From assembly GCA_045649385.1 (NCBI GenBank), contig JAZRPT010000071.1:7160-71159 (forward strand): 64,000 nt of DNA, written 5' to 3'. The DNA comes from Faecalimonas sp. (GTDB lineage Bacteria > Bacillota > Clostridia > Lachnospirales > Lachnospiraceae). A model generated the notes under the pieces. That model saw only the letters and a program-made list of their open reading frames with translations. It did no database searches and was not told the origin of the DNA. The position numbers and the translations under genes were made by a program. Below, in pieces: positions 1 to 10,456 of this stretch. Each line of letters begins with the position of its first letter. Position 1 is the first letter of the stretch.

Positions 1-124
1 GCACAGAGTAGGAGATAACGGATGCTGCACGTTACGCAGTCTTAAGTGCCTGACAATATTGTTGTCGGGAATTAGGGTGGTACCGCGATTAACCTCGTCC
101 CTTTTTGGGGACGAGGATTTTTTT
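1..124 (+). promoter_or_regulatory. T-box riboswitch leader of pheST (3' part; stem I lies outside the window)
   Basis: T-box consensus AATTAGGGTGGTACCGCG at 70-87, followed by terminator CCTCGTCCC-TTTTTG-GGGACGAGG plus T-tract (93-124), directly upstream of an aminoacyl-tRNA synthetase. Confidence 0.93.
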
Positions 125-141
125 GTAAAGGAGAAAAAAAC

Positions 142-1158
142 ATGAGTATGGAAACAATCAAAACAGAATGTCAGGCAGAGCTTGCGTTAGTACAAGATGC
201 CAAACAACTGGCAGATTTTTGGACAAAGTATCTCAGCAAGAGCGGAGAAGTTCAGAAATTAATGGGCGGAATTAAAAATGTTCCGAACGAAGAAAAGAAA
301 GCATATGGTCAAGCTGTAAACGAGATTAAAAATTGGGTACAAGGCTTGTATGACGAAAAGAAAATTGAAATTGAAAAGAAAGCCATGATGGCACGCTACG
401 ATGAAGAAGTAGTAGATGTTACGCTTCCGGTAAAAGAAGTGCAGGCAGGAAACCTACACCCACTTACCTGCATCAAGAATGAAATCATTGATGTATTCGT
501 AGGTATGGGATTTGACGTATTTGAAGGACCGGAAATCGAAGACGATGACCACAACTTCACAAGACTGAATGTATTAAAAGATCATCCATCCAGAGATATG
601 CAGGATACATTCTGGTTAACAGAAGATTTGCTTCTTCGTACACACACATCACCGGGACAAATCCGTGTGATGGATGCACAGAAGCCGCCAATCAAAGTGC
701 TTGTTCCTGGTAAAGTATTCCGTTCAGACAGTGATGCAACACACTCACCAATGTTCAGCCAGATGGAAGGCTTGGTAGTAGATAAACACATCACACTTTG
801 TGATTTGCAGGGAATGTTAGACCAGTTTGTAAAAGCATTGTTCTCAGATGCGGCTAAGACAAGACTTCGTCCATCCTACTTCCCATTCACAGAACCATCG
901 GTAGAAGTAGACGTAAGCTGTTTCAAATGCGGTGGCGAAGGCTGTTCACTCTGTAAAGGAACCGGCTGGATTGAAGTATTAGGCGGCGGTGTAGTAAATA
1001 ACAAAGTATTGGAAAACTGTGGTATCGATTCAAGCAAATACTCAGGACTTGCATTTGGTATCGGTATCGAGCGTATCGCTATGCTCAAATACGGAATCAA
1101 CCACATGGGCAAATTATTTGAAAATGACGTAGAATTTTTGAAACAATTTAAGGCATAA
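142..1158 (+). CDS. pheS: Phenylalanine--tRNA ligase alpha subunit
   Basis: Motifs [28 protein letters not shown] and [13 protein letters not shown]; RBS AAAGGAG. Confidence 0.98.
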   Translation: MSMETIKTECQAELALVQDAKQLADFWTKYLSKSGEVQKLMGGIKNVPNEEKKAYGQAVNEIKNWVQGLYDEKKIEIEKKAMMARYDEEVVDVTLPVKEVQAGNLHPLTCIKNEIIDVFVGMGFDVFEGPEIEDDDHNFTRLNVLKDHPSRDMQDTFWLTEDLLLRTHTSPGQIRVMDAQKPPIKVLVPGKVFRSDSDATHSPMFSQMEGLVVDKHITLCDLQGMLDQFVKALFSDAAKTRLRPSYFPFTEPSVEVDVSCFKCGGEGCSLCKGTGWIEVLGGGVVNNKVLENCGIDSSKYSGLAFGIGIERIAMLKYGINHMGKLFENDVEFLKQFKA

Positions 1159-1171
1159 AGAGGAGGGCATT

Positions 1172-3583
1172 ATGAAAGTTTTATATAGTTGGTTAAAAGA
1201 TTATGTAGATATCGATATCGAACCAAAAGAGCTGGAAACAAAACTCTTCTCAGCAGGTTTTGAAGTAGAAGGTATCGAATACTTAGGGGAAAATTTAGAA
1301 AACGTAGTGGTTGGTCAGATTACAGCCATGGAACACTACGAGGGTACACATTTGCAAATCTGCCATGTAGATTGCGGTGACAAAGGACACGACCATCTGA
1401 TTTTGACAGGTGCAAATAACGTATTCGTAGGAGCAAAAGTTCCGGCAGCATTAGTAGGAGCAAAATTGCCATGCGGCCTTGAAATTCAGCCAAGAAAAAT
1501 GGTAGATATGATGTCTTACGGAATGCTTTGTTCCGGAGAAGAATTAGAACTGAATAAAGACTGGTATCCGGGGGCAGATGTAAACGGTATTATGATTCTG
1601 GCAGAAGATGCACCACTTGGTATGGAAATGAGAGATTATTTGGAATTAGATGACTATCTCTTTGACATTTCCATCACAGCAAACCGTCCGGACTGTCAGT
1701 CGGTTATCGGTATTGCAAGAGAAGTAGCAGCGTTCCTCAATAAGCCATTTAAGGCACCGGACTACAGTTACGAAGTAGATGGCACTGTAAATGAAAATAT
1801 CAGCGTTGAAGTATTGGATAAAGAAACATGTCCAAGATACTTAGGACACTACATTTACGATGTAAAATATATGGAATCTCCACTTTGGATGAAGAGAAGA
1901 TTGATTGCCGTAGGTCATAACGCAATCAACGCAATGGTAGACATCACAAACTACGTGCTTGTAGAAATCGGTCAGCCAATGCATGCTTTTGATTTGGACA
2001 CATTGGAAGGATCATCTATCGTAGTTCGCAGAGCTAAAGACGGTGAAACACTTGTGACATTAGATGAAAAAGAACGTGTATTAAACCACAACAATCTTGT
2101 AATCTGTGACAAGGTAAAAGCAGTAGGCCTTGCAGGTGTAATGGGCGGTCTTAACAGTGAAATCAAAGAAACAACCACAGAAGTATTGTTTGAAGCTGCG
2201 AAATTCTTAAAAGACAGCGTACGTAAGACATCAAGAGGTCTTGGACTTCGCTCTGACTCAGCAGCAAGATTTGAAAAAGGAATTGATGAATACACTGTAG
2301 AATGTGGTATGGCAAGAGCATTAAATCTCGCACAGACACTTGGCGTTGCAAAAATCAGCTCCAGTCACTTTGATGTAACAGGCGGAGCGTCTACAGAAAA
2401 GAGAGTAATCAAAGTAACAGTAGACCAAGTAAACAACGTACTTGGTATTGAAGTGCCGGAAGAAGATATGGTTCGCATTTTGAAAGCCCTTCAATTCGAA
2501 GTGGAAGCAAAAGACGGGGAACTGACACTTGCAATCCCAAGATACCGTGACGATATTGAAGGATACCAGGACATCGCGGAAGAAGTGATCCGTGAATACG
2601 GTTACGACAAAGTAATCCCTACTTTCCTGGATGATGCGAAAGTAACAAATGGTGGTTTAAACAGATACCAGTCAAAAGAACTTGCGGTGAAAGAATATTT
2701 GTGCTCGCAAGGATATTTTGAAATCCAGACCATCGCCATGACAGCGAAGACAGATTTTGATATGTTCTTAATTCCGGAAGATGCGAAAGAAAGACAAGTG
2801 GTAGAATTGTTAAACCCAATCACAGAGAACCTTAGCATTATGAGAACTATCATGGCACCATCTATGGTAAAAGTGATAGAAAACAATATTAAAAATGGAA
2901 ACGAAGCAATGCGTTTCTTCGAGCTCGCAAATATCTATCTTCCAAAGGCATTGCCGCTCACAGAACCACCAACAGAAACAAAGATTCTGTGTCTTGGAAC
3001 CTGTGGCGCAGACGAAGATTTCTTTGCACTCAAAGAAACCTTGGAAAGCTTTGCGGCATACAATGATTTGTCATTCTCTTATAAGAGAGGAAATGTACCA
3101 TACTTACATCCAGGTAGAACTGCAGATGTATACTGTAAAGGTGAAAAGATTGGTCATTTCGGACAACTTCGCTACGAAATCGTTGATAGCATGAACATTG
3201 CAGGCGGTAAAAAAGCAGATACCAAGATATTCCTTGCAGAAATCAATTACAGTTTGTTAGCAGATTTATTTAAGACTGCAATTAAGTACACACCGGAGAC
3301 GGGATTCAAAGGCAACAGCCGCGACATCTCTGTACTGATTGATAAAAAAGTAGAATGCGGTACAACTATTGAGGCAATCGTAGCCTGTGATGCGTTAATC
3401 AAGAAAGTAAGCTTATTTGACATTTTTGAAAGTGAAAAACTAGGTGCAGACAAGAAGAGTATGGCATTTAAGATTGAACTTGCATCAGCGGAAGGCGATG
3501 TGACAGATGAAATGACAGATGCAGTGATAGAAAAAGTTATTGCAGCATTGGAAAATCAATTTGGCGCACAGATGAGAGCATAG
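1172..3583 (+). CDS. pheT: Phenylalanine--tRNA ligase beta subunit
   Basis: 803 aa; MKVLYSWLKDY start, ITANRPDC, GQPMHAFD and RFEKG motifs, C-terminal anticodon-binding domain; follows pheS. Confidence 0.98.
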   Translation: MKVLYSWLKDYVDIDIEPKELETKLFSAGFEVEGIEYLGENLENVVVGQITAMEHYEGTHLQICHVDCGDKGHDHLILTGANNVFVGAKVPAALVGAKLPCGLEIQPRKMVDMMSYGMLCSGEELELNKDWYPGADVNGIMILAEDAPLGMEMRDYLELDDYLFDISITANRPDCQSVIGIAREVAAFLNKPFKAPDYSYEVDGTVNENISVEVLDKETCPRYLGHYIYDVKYMESPLWMKRRLIAVGHNAINAMVDITNYVLVEIGQPMHAFDLDTLEGSSIVVRRAKDGETLVTLDEKERVLNHNNLVICDKVKAVGLAGVMGGLNSEIKETTTEVLFEAAKFLKDSVRKTSRGLGLRSDSAARFEKGIDEYTVECGMARALNLAQTLGVAKISSSHFDVTGGASTEKRVIKVTVDQVNNVLGIEVPEEDMVRILKALQFEVEAKDGELTLAIPRYRDDIEGYQDIAEEVIREYGYDKVIPTFLDDAKVTNGGLNRYQSKELAVKEYLCSQGYFEIQTIAMTAKTDFDMFLIPEDAKERQVVELLNPITENLSIMRTIMAPSMVKVIENNIKNGNEAMRFFELANIYLPKALPLTEPPTETKILCLGTCGADEDFFALKETLESFAAYNDLSFSYKRGNVPYLHPGRTADVYCKGEKIGHFGQLRYEIVDSMNIAGGKKADTKIFLAEINYSLLADLFKTAIKYTPETGFKGNSRDISVLIDKKVECGTTIEAIVACDALIKKVSLFDIFESEKLGADKKSMAFKIELASAEGDVTDEMTDAVIEKVIAALENQFGAQMRA

Positions 3584-3603
3584 GCATTGTATAAAAGAAG
3601 CTT

Positions 3604-3632
3604 AAGGGCATCCACGAAAGTGGGTGCCTTTT
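3604..3632 (+). terminator. Rho-independent terminator after pheT
   Basis: AAGGGCATCCAC-GAAA-GTGGGTGCCTTTT hairpin. Confidence 0.8.
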
Positions 3633-3647
3633 GTACGAAAATACACG

Positions 3648-3676
3648 TTGAAATTCATCCTTAAAACAGTTATACT
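3648..3676 (+). promoter_or_regulatory. sigma-A promoter of the capD-like gene
   Basis: TTGAAA-17 nt-TATACT. Confidence 0.65.
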
Positions 3677-3714
3677 ATATAGAGTAAGATTTATCAAAAA
3701 GGAATGAAATATTT

Positions 3715-5754
3715 ATGAATCAAAATAAAACACCGAAATATAAAAAACCAAAGATAGCCCATTGGCAACTGATTAATCTAGGCTTGATGCTGTACGATGT
3801 ATTCGCTGTGAATGTGGCATTTTTTTTAGCTCTCTGGTTACGATTTGACTGCTCTATCATGACCATGATGGATGAGTACTCTTACTATGTGGAGGCATAC
3901 ATAAAATTTGCTCCAATTTATACGGTAATCAGTATTCTTGTTTTCTGGGGAATGCGCTTGTATAAGAGTATCTGGAGATTTGCAAGTTACACGGAATTAT
4001 TACGTGTAGGCATGGCGACTGCGATAACGGGAATTATACAAACCGTAGGCATAACAGTTCTTTTCGAAAGAATGCCAATTTCCTATTATGTGTTTGGTAT
4101 TGTGTTACAGTTCTTCGCTGTGCTTGGTATTCGTTTTTCTTATCGACTGATTCTGAAGGTAAGAAGTCTGCAAGAGAGAAGAACGCATGAAGCATCTGCA
4201 ACCAATGTAATGATTATCGGTGCGGGAAAAGCAGGACAGACTATCTTGCGCGAGTTACATACCAGTCACGAACTACATGCAAATGTTTGCTGTATTATCG
4301 ATGATAACCCGAATAAATGGGGACGTTATATTGACGGGGTTCCGGTAGTTGGGAATCGTGACGATATCCTGGCAACTGCGAAGAAATATCATATTGACCG
4401 CATTCTGTACGCTATTCCAAGTACAAGTGCAGAAAATAAGCGGGAAATCTTGAATATCTGTAAGGAAACAGGCTGTGAGTTAAAAACGCTTCCAGGTCTC
4501 TATCAGATGGTAAACGGGGAAGTATCATTAAATAAGATGCAGAACGTTACGGTGGAAGATTTGCTGGGACGTCCTCCGATTGAAGCAGATATGAAGAAGG
4601 TGTTTGAATTCCTACATGGAAAGAGAGTTCTTATTACCGGAGCGGGTGGCAGTATCGGAAGTGTGATTGCACAACAAGTGGCAGAGCATGAACCAGAGCA
4701 ACTAGTGCTCTTTGATGTATATGAAAACAACATCTATGATTTGCAGCAGGAAATGAAGCGAAACTACCCGGAATTGAATCTGGTAGTTTTGATTGGCTCG
4801 GTGCGTGACAGCAGAAGAATCTATCAGGTGTTTGAAACTTACAAACCGGATGTTGTATATCATGCGGCAGCACATAAGCATGTTCCGTTGATGGAGACTA
4901 GCCCGAATGAAGCCATTAAGAACAATGCCATCGGAACATATAAGACGGCCTATGCAGCTATGAAAAATGGTTGTCAGAGATTTGTGCTTATCTCTACCGA
5001 TAAAGCGGTAAATCCGACAAATATCATGGGAGCCAGCAAGCGACTCTGTGAAATGATTATTCAGACTTTTGACTATATGGTGAAGGAAGGAAAGGCACAT
5101 AAACTTCCGGAAATCTTTGCCCATGCAGAAAAAGAAGGCAAAGTGAAATCAACAGAGAATTTCCAACCAAAGACAGAGTTTGTGGCAGTACGTTTTGGTA
5201 ATGTGTTAGGAAGCAATGGTTCAGTCATTCCATTGTTTAAGAAACAGATTGAAAAAGGCGGACCGGTTACGGTTACCCATCCAGATATTATTCGTTACTT
5301 TATGACCATTCCGGAAGCAGTAAGTCTGGTACTCCTTGCCGGTACTTATGCAAAAGGCGGGGAAATCTTTGTGCTAGACATGGGATCACCGGTGAAGATA
5401 GATACGCTTGCTCGCAACTTGATTAAGTTGTCAGGTTTTAAACCAGATGTTGATATCAAGATAGAGTATTCCGGACTTCGCCCAGGCGAGAAGTTATACG
5501 AAGAAAAACTAATGGCTGAAGAAGGACTTAAGAATACGCCGAACCGTTTGATACATATTGGATGCCCGATCCCATTTGACATGGATGAGTTTCTTGTTCA
5601 ATTGAATGGATTGATGGTGGCATGTTATAAAAACAAAGAAAATATTCGTGACTTGGTGGAGGCTATTGTGCCAACTTATCATCCGGCCGGAGAGCATGGA
5701 AGTGAAGCAAAAGGCAAGGCATACGAAGAACAAAGAAAACAGATGGAAGCGTAA
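3715..5754 (+). CDS. Membrane-bound UDP-GlcNAc 4,6-dehydratase (CapD/PglF/EpsC family)
   Basis: N-terminal TM helices; TGAGGSIG, HAAAHKHVP, STDKAVNPTNIMGASK and RFGNVLGSNGSV motifs. Confidence 0.93.
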   Translation: MNQNKTPKYKKPKIAHWQLINLGLMLYDVFAVNVAFFLALWLRFDCSIMTMMDEYSYYVEAYIKFAPIYTVISILVFWGMRLYKSIWRFASYTELLRVGMATAITGIIQTVGITVLFERMPISYYVFGIVLQFFAVLGIRFSYRLILKVRSLQERRTHEASATNVMIIGAGKAGQTILRELHTSHELHANVCCIIDDNPNKWGRYIDGVPVVGNRDDILATAKKYHIDRILYAIPSTSAENKREILNICKETGCELKTLPGLYQMVNGEVSLNKMQNVTVEDLLGRPPIEADMKKVFEFLHGKRVLITGAGGSIGSVIAQQVAEHEPEQLVLFDVYENNIYDLQQEMKRNYPELNLVVLIGSVRDSRRIYQVFETYKPDVVYHAAAHKHVPLMETSPNEAIKNNAIGTYKTAYAAMKNGCQRFVLISTDKAVNPTNIMGASKRLCEMIIQTFDYMVKEGKAHKLPEIFAHAEKEGKVKSTENFQPKTEFVAVRFGNVLGSNGSVIPLFKKQIEKGGPVTVTHPDIIRYFMTIPEAVSLVLLAGTYAKGGEIFVLDMGSPVKIDTLARNLIKLSGFKPDVDIKIEYSGLRPGEKLYEEKLMAEEGLKNTPNRLIHIGCPIPFDMDEFLVQLNGLMVACYKNKENIRDLVEAIVPTYHPAGEHGSEAKGKAYEEQRKQMEA

Positions 5755-5760
5755 AACAGG

Positions 5761-5794
5761 ATGCTATCGTGCTGAAAGGTGCGGTAGCATTTTT
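5761..5794 (+). repeat. Repeated terminator-like hairpin, copy 1
   Basis: ATGCTATCGTGCT-GAAA-GGTGCGGTAGCAT-TTTT; near-identical copies at 9994 and 10457. Confidence 0.85.
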
Positions 5795-6188
5795 GCCGGT
5801 AGACACACAAACATCGATAGAGTATATTTAAAGCAAAAAAAAGCATACGAAATAGACAAAAAACAGAAAAGAACAATTGTTATAATTGGTTAATATGCTG
5901 AAAATGTTGCCGAAAATATACAAAAGGTAGTCATAAGAAGAATGATATGATATTATTTTAATGAGGGTAAATGAAACAAGAATCAATGTAAGACGAGAAC
6001 ATGGGGCGAGTGTGTCCTTTTTTCTAGTCTTTTTTAATTTTGACGAGTCTTGTATCATATAATTTATAAAAGGGAATTATATTATTGCCTTAAATATGTA
6101 TCATATATTGGGAAGATGTGAAGTGTATTTAGGGCGATGTAAGGACACTTGCTTTGAAATTAAGCAAAACAATATGGGAGGCAAAACA

Positions 6189-8006
6189 ATGACAAATGGA
6201 GACGTGAAACCTATATTACAGGGGGTGTTTGAAGAACATGCGCTTTATGACGGCTTGGATGAATTTTATAAAAGGATATTTAGCGAAGGATATAGGTATG
6301 TCATTATTGTTCCAAGAAAATGTTTAACAGCATACAAAGAATTTAATATCATGGATAATGGATACAATGTTCAGAGCAACACTAAGGTTTTAACAACTAA
6401 GGCTTTTCCGCTTTATAAAAAGGAAATAGAAAATGAACTCAAAAAAAGTGACGGGCCAATAGATAAGTATATTGCTGTTATTGATGATATTATATTATAT
6501 GGGCGTGGTATTAATCAATTTCTTAGAAAATTCACAAATGCATTTGAAGAAGAAATACGAGAGAAATTGATTCATTCTATAAATCTAGAAGTATTTATAG
6601 AAAGTAGCAATGATTTGTTGTATGATGAAGCGTTCGAAAAAGTTTTTGAAGATAATTATAGTTCTTCAAGAACATATTATAGTGCTTCGACAATGAAACG
6701 AGCCTCTGATTTGTTTATTGACAGTTTTTATGCTACAGCCACTCCGAATACTTCATTTATTCGTTCGTGGTTTGTGAAGAAAATAGAAAAGCCAGTGACA
6801 AGGCGATGGGAAAATACAAGTGAAATAAAGAAAAAGGTTTTGAAGCAAAACAATGCACAAATAAAGAGAAGTCTTTTGTCCAAAATTTTTTATGAAGAAA
6901 ACAAGTGGTTGGAAAATATAACAGAATTTTCATGTATTAGAACCTATTATAATGGGTTGTTGAATAAAGAAGTTCTTATACCTTATGTTTTTTTAAAACC
7001 ATTAAAGCCTAAAAGCATTGATAACATTTTTAACATTTTGGAAAATGAATTGGGAATAATTCCGGAGGAAATTCTTGAGGAGAAATTTCATGACAAAGGT
7101 TTGGACATAGATTTTTATATATTAAAATATGAATATTTAACATGTATATTAAGTGATTTATATGGGGCATATTTTTGGAATAGATATGGAGAAAGCGAGG
7201 CCGCGTGGTCAGAAGTATTTGATGATGATTCGGATATTCTTGCATTTTCATATAAAGAACAAAATGTGTTTCGTATGGAGGATATATTAGTCAAGTGCCT
7301 ACCAAAGTTAAAAAACTTACAAGAAGCATTGCATGATGAAAACATTTTGTGCGAGGAGCAAATTGATGGTTATTTGTTTGAACAAGAAAATGAAGCTCGT
7401 GCAATGATCAACTACGTATTAAAAACTATAGATGTTCCAGATAATGAAACACAAATAACAGCATACATTAAAGAATATTTTGCACTTAATAGTGATACAG
7501 ACGAAACAAAAGCAGTTCGCAAAGAAAAAGAACGAATATTCGGCGTTTCAACAGGGACATTGGGAGAAATTATTGTAGACAAACCAAGCTATTATTCAGA
7601 ATTGTTAAAATGTATGGATACAGGAATTTCATCATTGACTATCAAGTCTATGACTCTTAATGAGGATGAGGAAGAAATATTTATATGTTCAGTTGTTAAT
7701 GCTGGCGAACAAGCATATAGAATAAAAGTTGATGAATATATGCCTATATTACATTATTTGGCTAAGATAGAAAAAGACTGCAAGAATTTGTATATGATGT
7801 CGCGGTGCGAGAATAAAGTTGAAGCTTTCTTAAAGTTGGTTGATGAAAGTCCTAGTAAGCCTCAAAATATGAGGCAAGATATGGAATATATTAGAAAAGT
7901 AATGAATGCACAAAATCGAAGTTACGCAGATATATACGTAAATAGATGTAGTGATAACAATGAGGTCTCAGAATATGAAAAATATTATTATCAGGTAATG
8001 AAATAA
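6189..8006 (+). CDS. Hypothetical protein with a phosphoribosyltransferase-like motif
   Basis: ORF open from 6096; RBS GGGAGG supports ATG 6189; IAVIDDIILYGRG resembles the PRPP-binding loop. Confidence 0.6.
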   Translation: MTNGDVKPILQGVFEEHALYDGLDEFYKRIFSEGYRYVIIVPRKCLTAYKEFNIMDNGYNVQSNTKVLTTKAFPLYKKEIENELKKSDGPIDKYIAVIDDIILYGRGINQFLRKFTNAFEEEIREKLIHSINLEVFIESSNDLLYDEAFEKVFEDNYSSSRTYYSASTMKRASDLFIDSFYATATPNTSFIRSWFVKKIEKPVTRRWENTSEIKKKVLKQNNAQIKRSLLSKIFYEENKWLENITEFSCIRTYYNGLLNKEVLIPYVFLKPLKPKSIDNIFNILENELGIIPEEILEEKFHDKGLDIDFYILKYEYLTCILSDLYGAYFWNRYGESEAAWSEVFDDDSDILAFSYKEQNVFRMEDILVKCLPKLKNLQEALHDENILCEEQIDGYLFEQENEARAMINYVLKTIDVPDNETQITAYIKEYFALNSDTDETKAVRKEKERIFGVSTGTLGEIIVDKPSYYSELLKCMDTGISSLTIKSMTLNEDEEEIFICSVVNAGEQAYRIKVDEYMPILHYLAKIEKDCKNLYMMSRCENKVEAFLKLVDESPSKPQNMRQDMEYIRKVMNAQNRSYADIYVNRCSDNNEVSEYEKYYYQVMK

Positions 8007-8030
8007 AGGCAAGGAGAATTTGAGGCTACA

Positions 8031-8891
8031 ATGAAATCTACAATAAAAAAAGCGATAGATGATTATAATGTGATATTTAAGAATGGAGGGGTGGATACAA
8101 AGTTAGAATGCAATGGTATGAAGCAATATTCTTTGAATTGTATGGCGTTAGACGGGATTGAAATTTGCTCATATATTATAATGAAAAGAACGGATTGTGA
8201 AGATGCCAATCTTGTTGATATTCAACAAATACAATGGAAGATTCTAGAAATTGATTATGAAGGAAAAAAAGAAAATATCTTTTATCCGAGTATAGATTTT
8301 CAAGAAGAAATACAGGAACTGAAGTTAAGAAAATGTTCAAAAAACAATTATGTTTCCACAAAAGTATGCGATTTTGAAAGTTATAAAACCTGTACAATGC
8401 AGTCGGGGGAAAAATCAGTCATATCTACTGATATTGAAATCGAAATGTTATTTGATATAAATAGACGTGGAAAAAGACTTGAGGAACTTAAGTTCCTATC
8501 AATGTTTTTATGTTGCGATATAGAAATTATGCATTGTTTTTATAAGAGTATGTTGGATTATGTAAAAAAACATCAAACAGAAGATTTGAAACAACTAAAA
8601 GAAGATATTAATAATTTTGTTGCAGGTGTTCGTGCTATAAATGATAATTTAAAAAAAGAAAATTATGAAGACTTTTCAAAGTTAATGGAAACTTCAAGAA
8701 TTGTAGCAGAATTAATGAGAAAACGCAGATACGATGACGGAAATGTCATGTTAAGTGATGAATTTCAAAACAGGTTCTTTGAAAAATTAGAAAAATATGT
8801 TCGGTTTAGCAAGCGGTGGAGTAAACGAAAGAAAATTAATGGAAAGAGTTGTAAAGACTATGAGAGAGAAATTGAAAGCATGGCTAAATGA
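8031..8891 (+). CDS. Hypothetical protein
   Basis: 286-aa ORF with AAGGAG upstream; no recognised motif. Confidence 0.7.
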   Translation: MKSTIKKAIDDYNVIFKNGGVDTKLECNGMKQYSLNCMALDGIEICSYIIMKRTDCEDANLVDIQQIQWKILEIDYEGKKENIFYPSIDFQEEIQELKLRKCSKNNYVSTKVCDFESYKTCTMQSGEKSVISTDIEIEMLFDINRRGKRLEELKFLSMFLCCDIEIMHCFYKSMLDYVKKHQTEDLKQLKEDINNFVAGVRAINDNLKKENYEDFSKLMETSRIVAELMRKRRYDDGNVMLSDEFQNRFFEKLEKYVRFSKRWSKRKKINGKSCKDYEREIESMAK

Positions 8892-9681
8892 AAATAAAAA
8901 ATTCATTTTTTTATTAACTTTTTTACTTGTGGCTTGTCCATTGATATTATCTTTTTTGGTATATAATCAAAACGTGTTATCCTGTATACCGGGAGATACA
9001 AATGTATGGATGGGTTTTTGGGCTTCATATTCAGGAACCATAGTTACAGTATGTGTCGCAATTATCAGTTGGAAGGGTAATAAAAAGATTGAAAAATTAG
9101 ATGCTACTTTGAGAGAGGAACAAAGACAATATTTTCTTTCAATGATAGGAACAAATCTTCGCTTAAATAATACATATATAAAAGCAATATCACAATTGGA
9201 TATTGCAGAATATGCAAAAAAAGTTGGTACAAAAAAAGTTGGATATAAAATCATAATGGAATTTGAAAATGTTTCTAATAGAGTTATTGCAAATATTCGA
9301 GTAAAGGGAATTGGCATTGAATTAGATAAAAAGTTAATTCAGATAGACAAGGGAGATATTGAGGCGTCTTTTCGTCTGCAAGGAAATACTCCGATTGTTG
9401 AAATTTTGTTATGGATGAATACCGGGTATCCAATTGAACGAAAATTTACTCAATTTTATTTTTATTATTCGCAATTTCCTATAGAAGGAAATCAGATGAA
9501 ATTGACAATGAGTATGGATGTTGAGTTACAGAAAAGTAGAATCTTACATGAGAAAGAAGATGAAAAAGTAACCAATATGCAATTGGATATGAATTTAAAA
9601 ATGGAACCTATTTTGGAGAAAAAATATGGATCCAACAAGGTGAATATTATTAATTATAATTTAGTGGAAAATACTAAGTAG
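8839..9681 (+). CDS. Hypothetical membrane protein (2 N-terminal TM helices plus soluble domain)
   Basis: Hydrophobic segments FIFLLTFLLVACPLILSFLV and WMGFWASYSGTIVTVCVAII; overlaps the upstream gene; start uncertain (8797, 8839 or 8860). Confidence 0.7.
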   Translation: MERVVKTMREKLKAWLNENKKFIFLLTFLLVACPLILSFLVYNQNVLSCIPGDTNVWMGFWASYSGTIVTVCVAIISWKGNKKIEKLDATLREEQRQYFLSMIGTNLRLNNTYIKAISQLDIAEYAKKVGTKKVGYKIIMEFENVSNRVIANIRVKGIGIELDKKLIQIDKGDIEASFRLQGNTPIVEILLWMNTGYPIERKFTQFYFYYSQFPIEGNQMKLTMSMDVELQKSRILHEKEDEKVTNMQLDMNLKMEPILEKKYGSNKVNIINYNLVENTK

Positions 9682-9776
9682 CTGAAATTAGTATGAATTT
9701 TTGTTTTGGATTCACTTATGTAAGCCGTTCCTTTTTGTTAATGTTATGTAAACAGTAACGAAAGGAGGAACATGAT

Positions 9777-9986
9777 ATGAACAAACTTTATATCGACTTG
9801 GAAAATGTCTTGAAGGAGAAGGGAGTCAGTAAGAACCGCCTTTGCATGAATTGTAGCTTGCAGAGAACGCAGCTTAACAATTACTGCAAGAATAAGGTTA
9901 GGGGCGTAGATTTGACCATTCTGGGAAGAATGTGTGCGTATCTGGACTGTACACCAAACGACATTTTGAAATTTAAAGAAGAGTAG
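9777..9986 (+). CDS. XRE/Cro-C1 family helix-turn-helix regulator
   Basis: 69 aa with pattern LKEKGVSKNRL...DLTILGRMCAYLDCTPNDIL; RBS AAAGGAGG. Confidence 0.85.
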   Translation: MNKLYIDLENVLKEKGVSKNRLCMNCSLQRTQLNNYCKNKVRGVDLTILGRMCAYLDCTPNDILKFKEE

Positions 9987-9993
9987 TAAGGGA

Positions 9994-10027
9994 ATGCTAT
10001 CGTGCCAAAAGGCGCGATAGCATTTTT
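9994..10027 (+). repeat. Repeated terminator-like hairpin, copy 2
   Basis: ATGCTATCGTGCC-AAAA-GGCGCGATAGCAT-TTTT. Confidence 0.85.
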
Positions 10028-10085
10028 AAAAGTCCTGACTTCGCATATACGATATGTTAAACTAAAATAAACATTTGAAGACGCA

Positions 10086-10424
10086 GTGGATAGAGCGATT
10101 GATAAGTGTATCCGAGAAGATATATTGCGAGAGTTTCTGGAAAGAAATCGTGCGGAGGCGAGAACGATGAGTATATATGAATATGACCAAGAAGAACACA
10201 TAAGGTTAGAACGTGAGGATGCGTATGATGATGGGCTAAAATTAGGAAGAGAAGAAGGAAGAAAAGAAGGCATAGAACTTGGGGAATACAAAAAACTAAG
10301 AGAACAGGTAGAAAAGAAGATGAAGAAAGGCCTTTCGGTTTCTGACATTGCGGAAATGCTTGAGGAGAACATTGATAAGGTTGAAGAGCTTATGAAAAGT
10401 CTACAGAATGAAATCAGTAACTAA
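10086..10424 (+). pseudogene. C-terminal remnant of an Rpn / PD-(D/E)XK putative transposase family gene
   Basis: AVDRAIDKCIREDILREFL...YEYDQEEH...EEGRKEG tail typical of the family; in-frame TAA at 10068-10070; nuclease domain absent. Confidence 0.65.
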
Positions 10425-10456
10425 AAGGACATATTTGAATACGGATTAGTGAGAAG

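Noticed and set aside
5778-5790. GCGGTAGC resemblance to the RfaH ops/JUMPstart element
   Set aside because: It lies within the terminator stem, is altered in copy 2 (GCGATAGC), and no NusG paralog is in the window.
5648-6058. Short ORFs around the end of the capD-like gene
   Set aside because: They cross the terminator hairpin or lie in AT-rich intergenic DNA, with no convincing RBS or motif.
6189-9986. Retron or prophage interpretation of the island
   Set aside because: No reverse transcriptase, integrase or phage structural genes were recognised.
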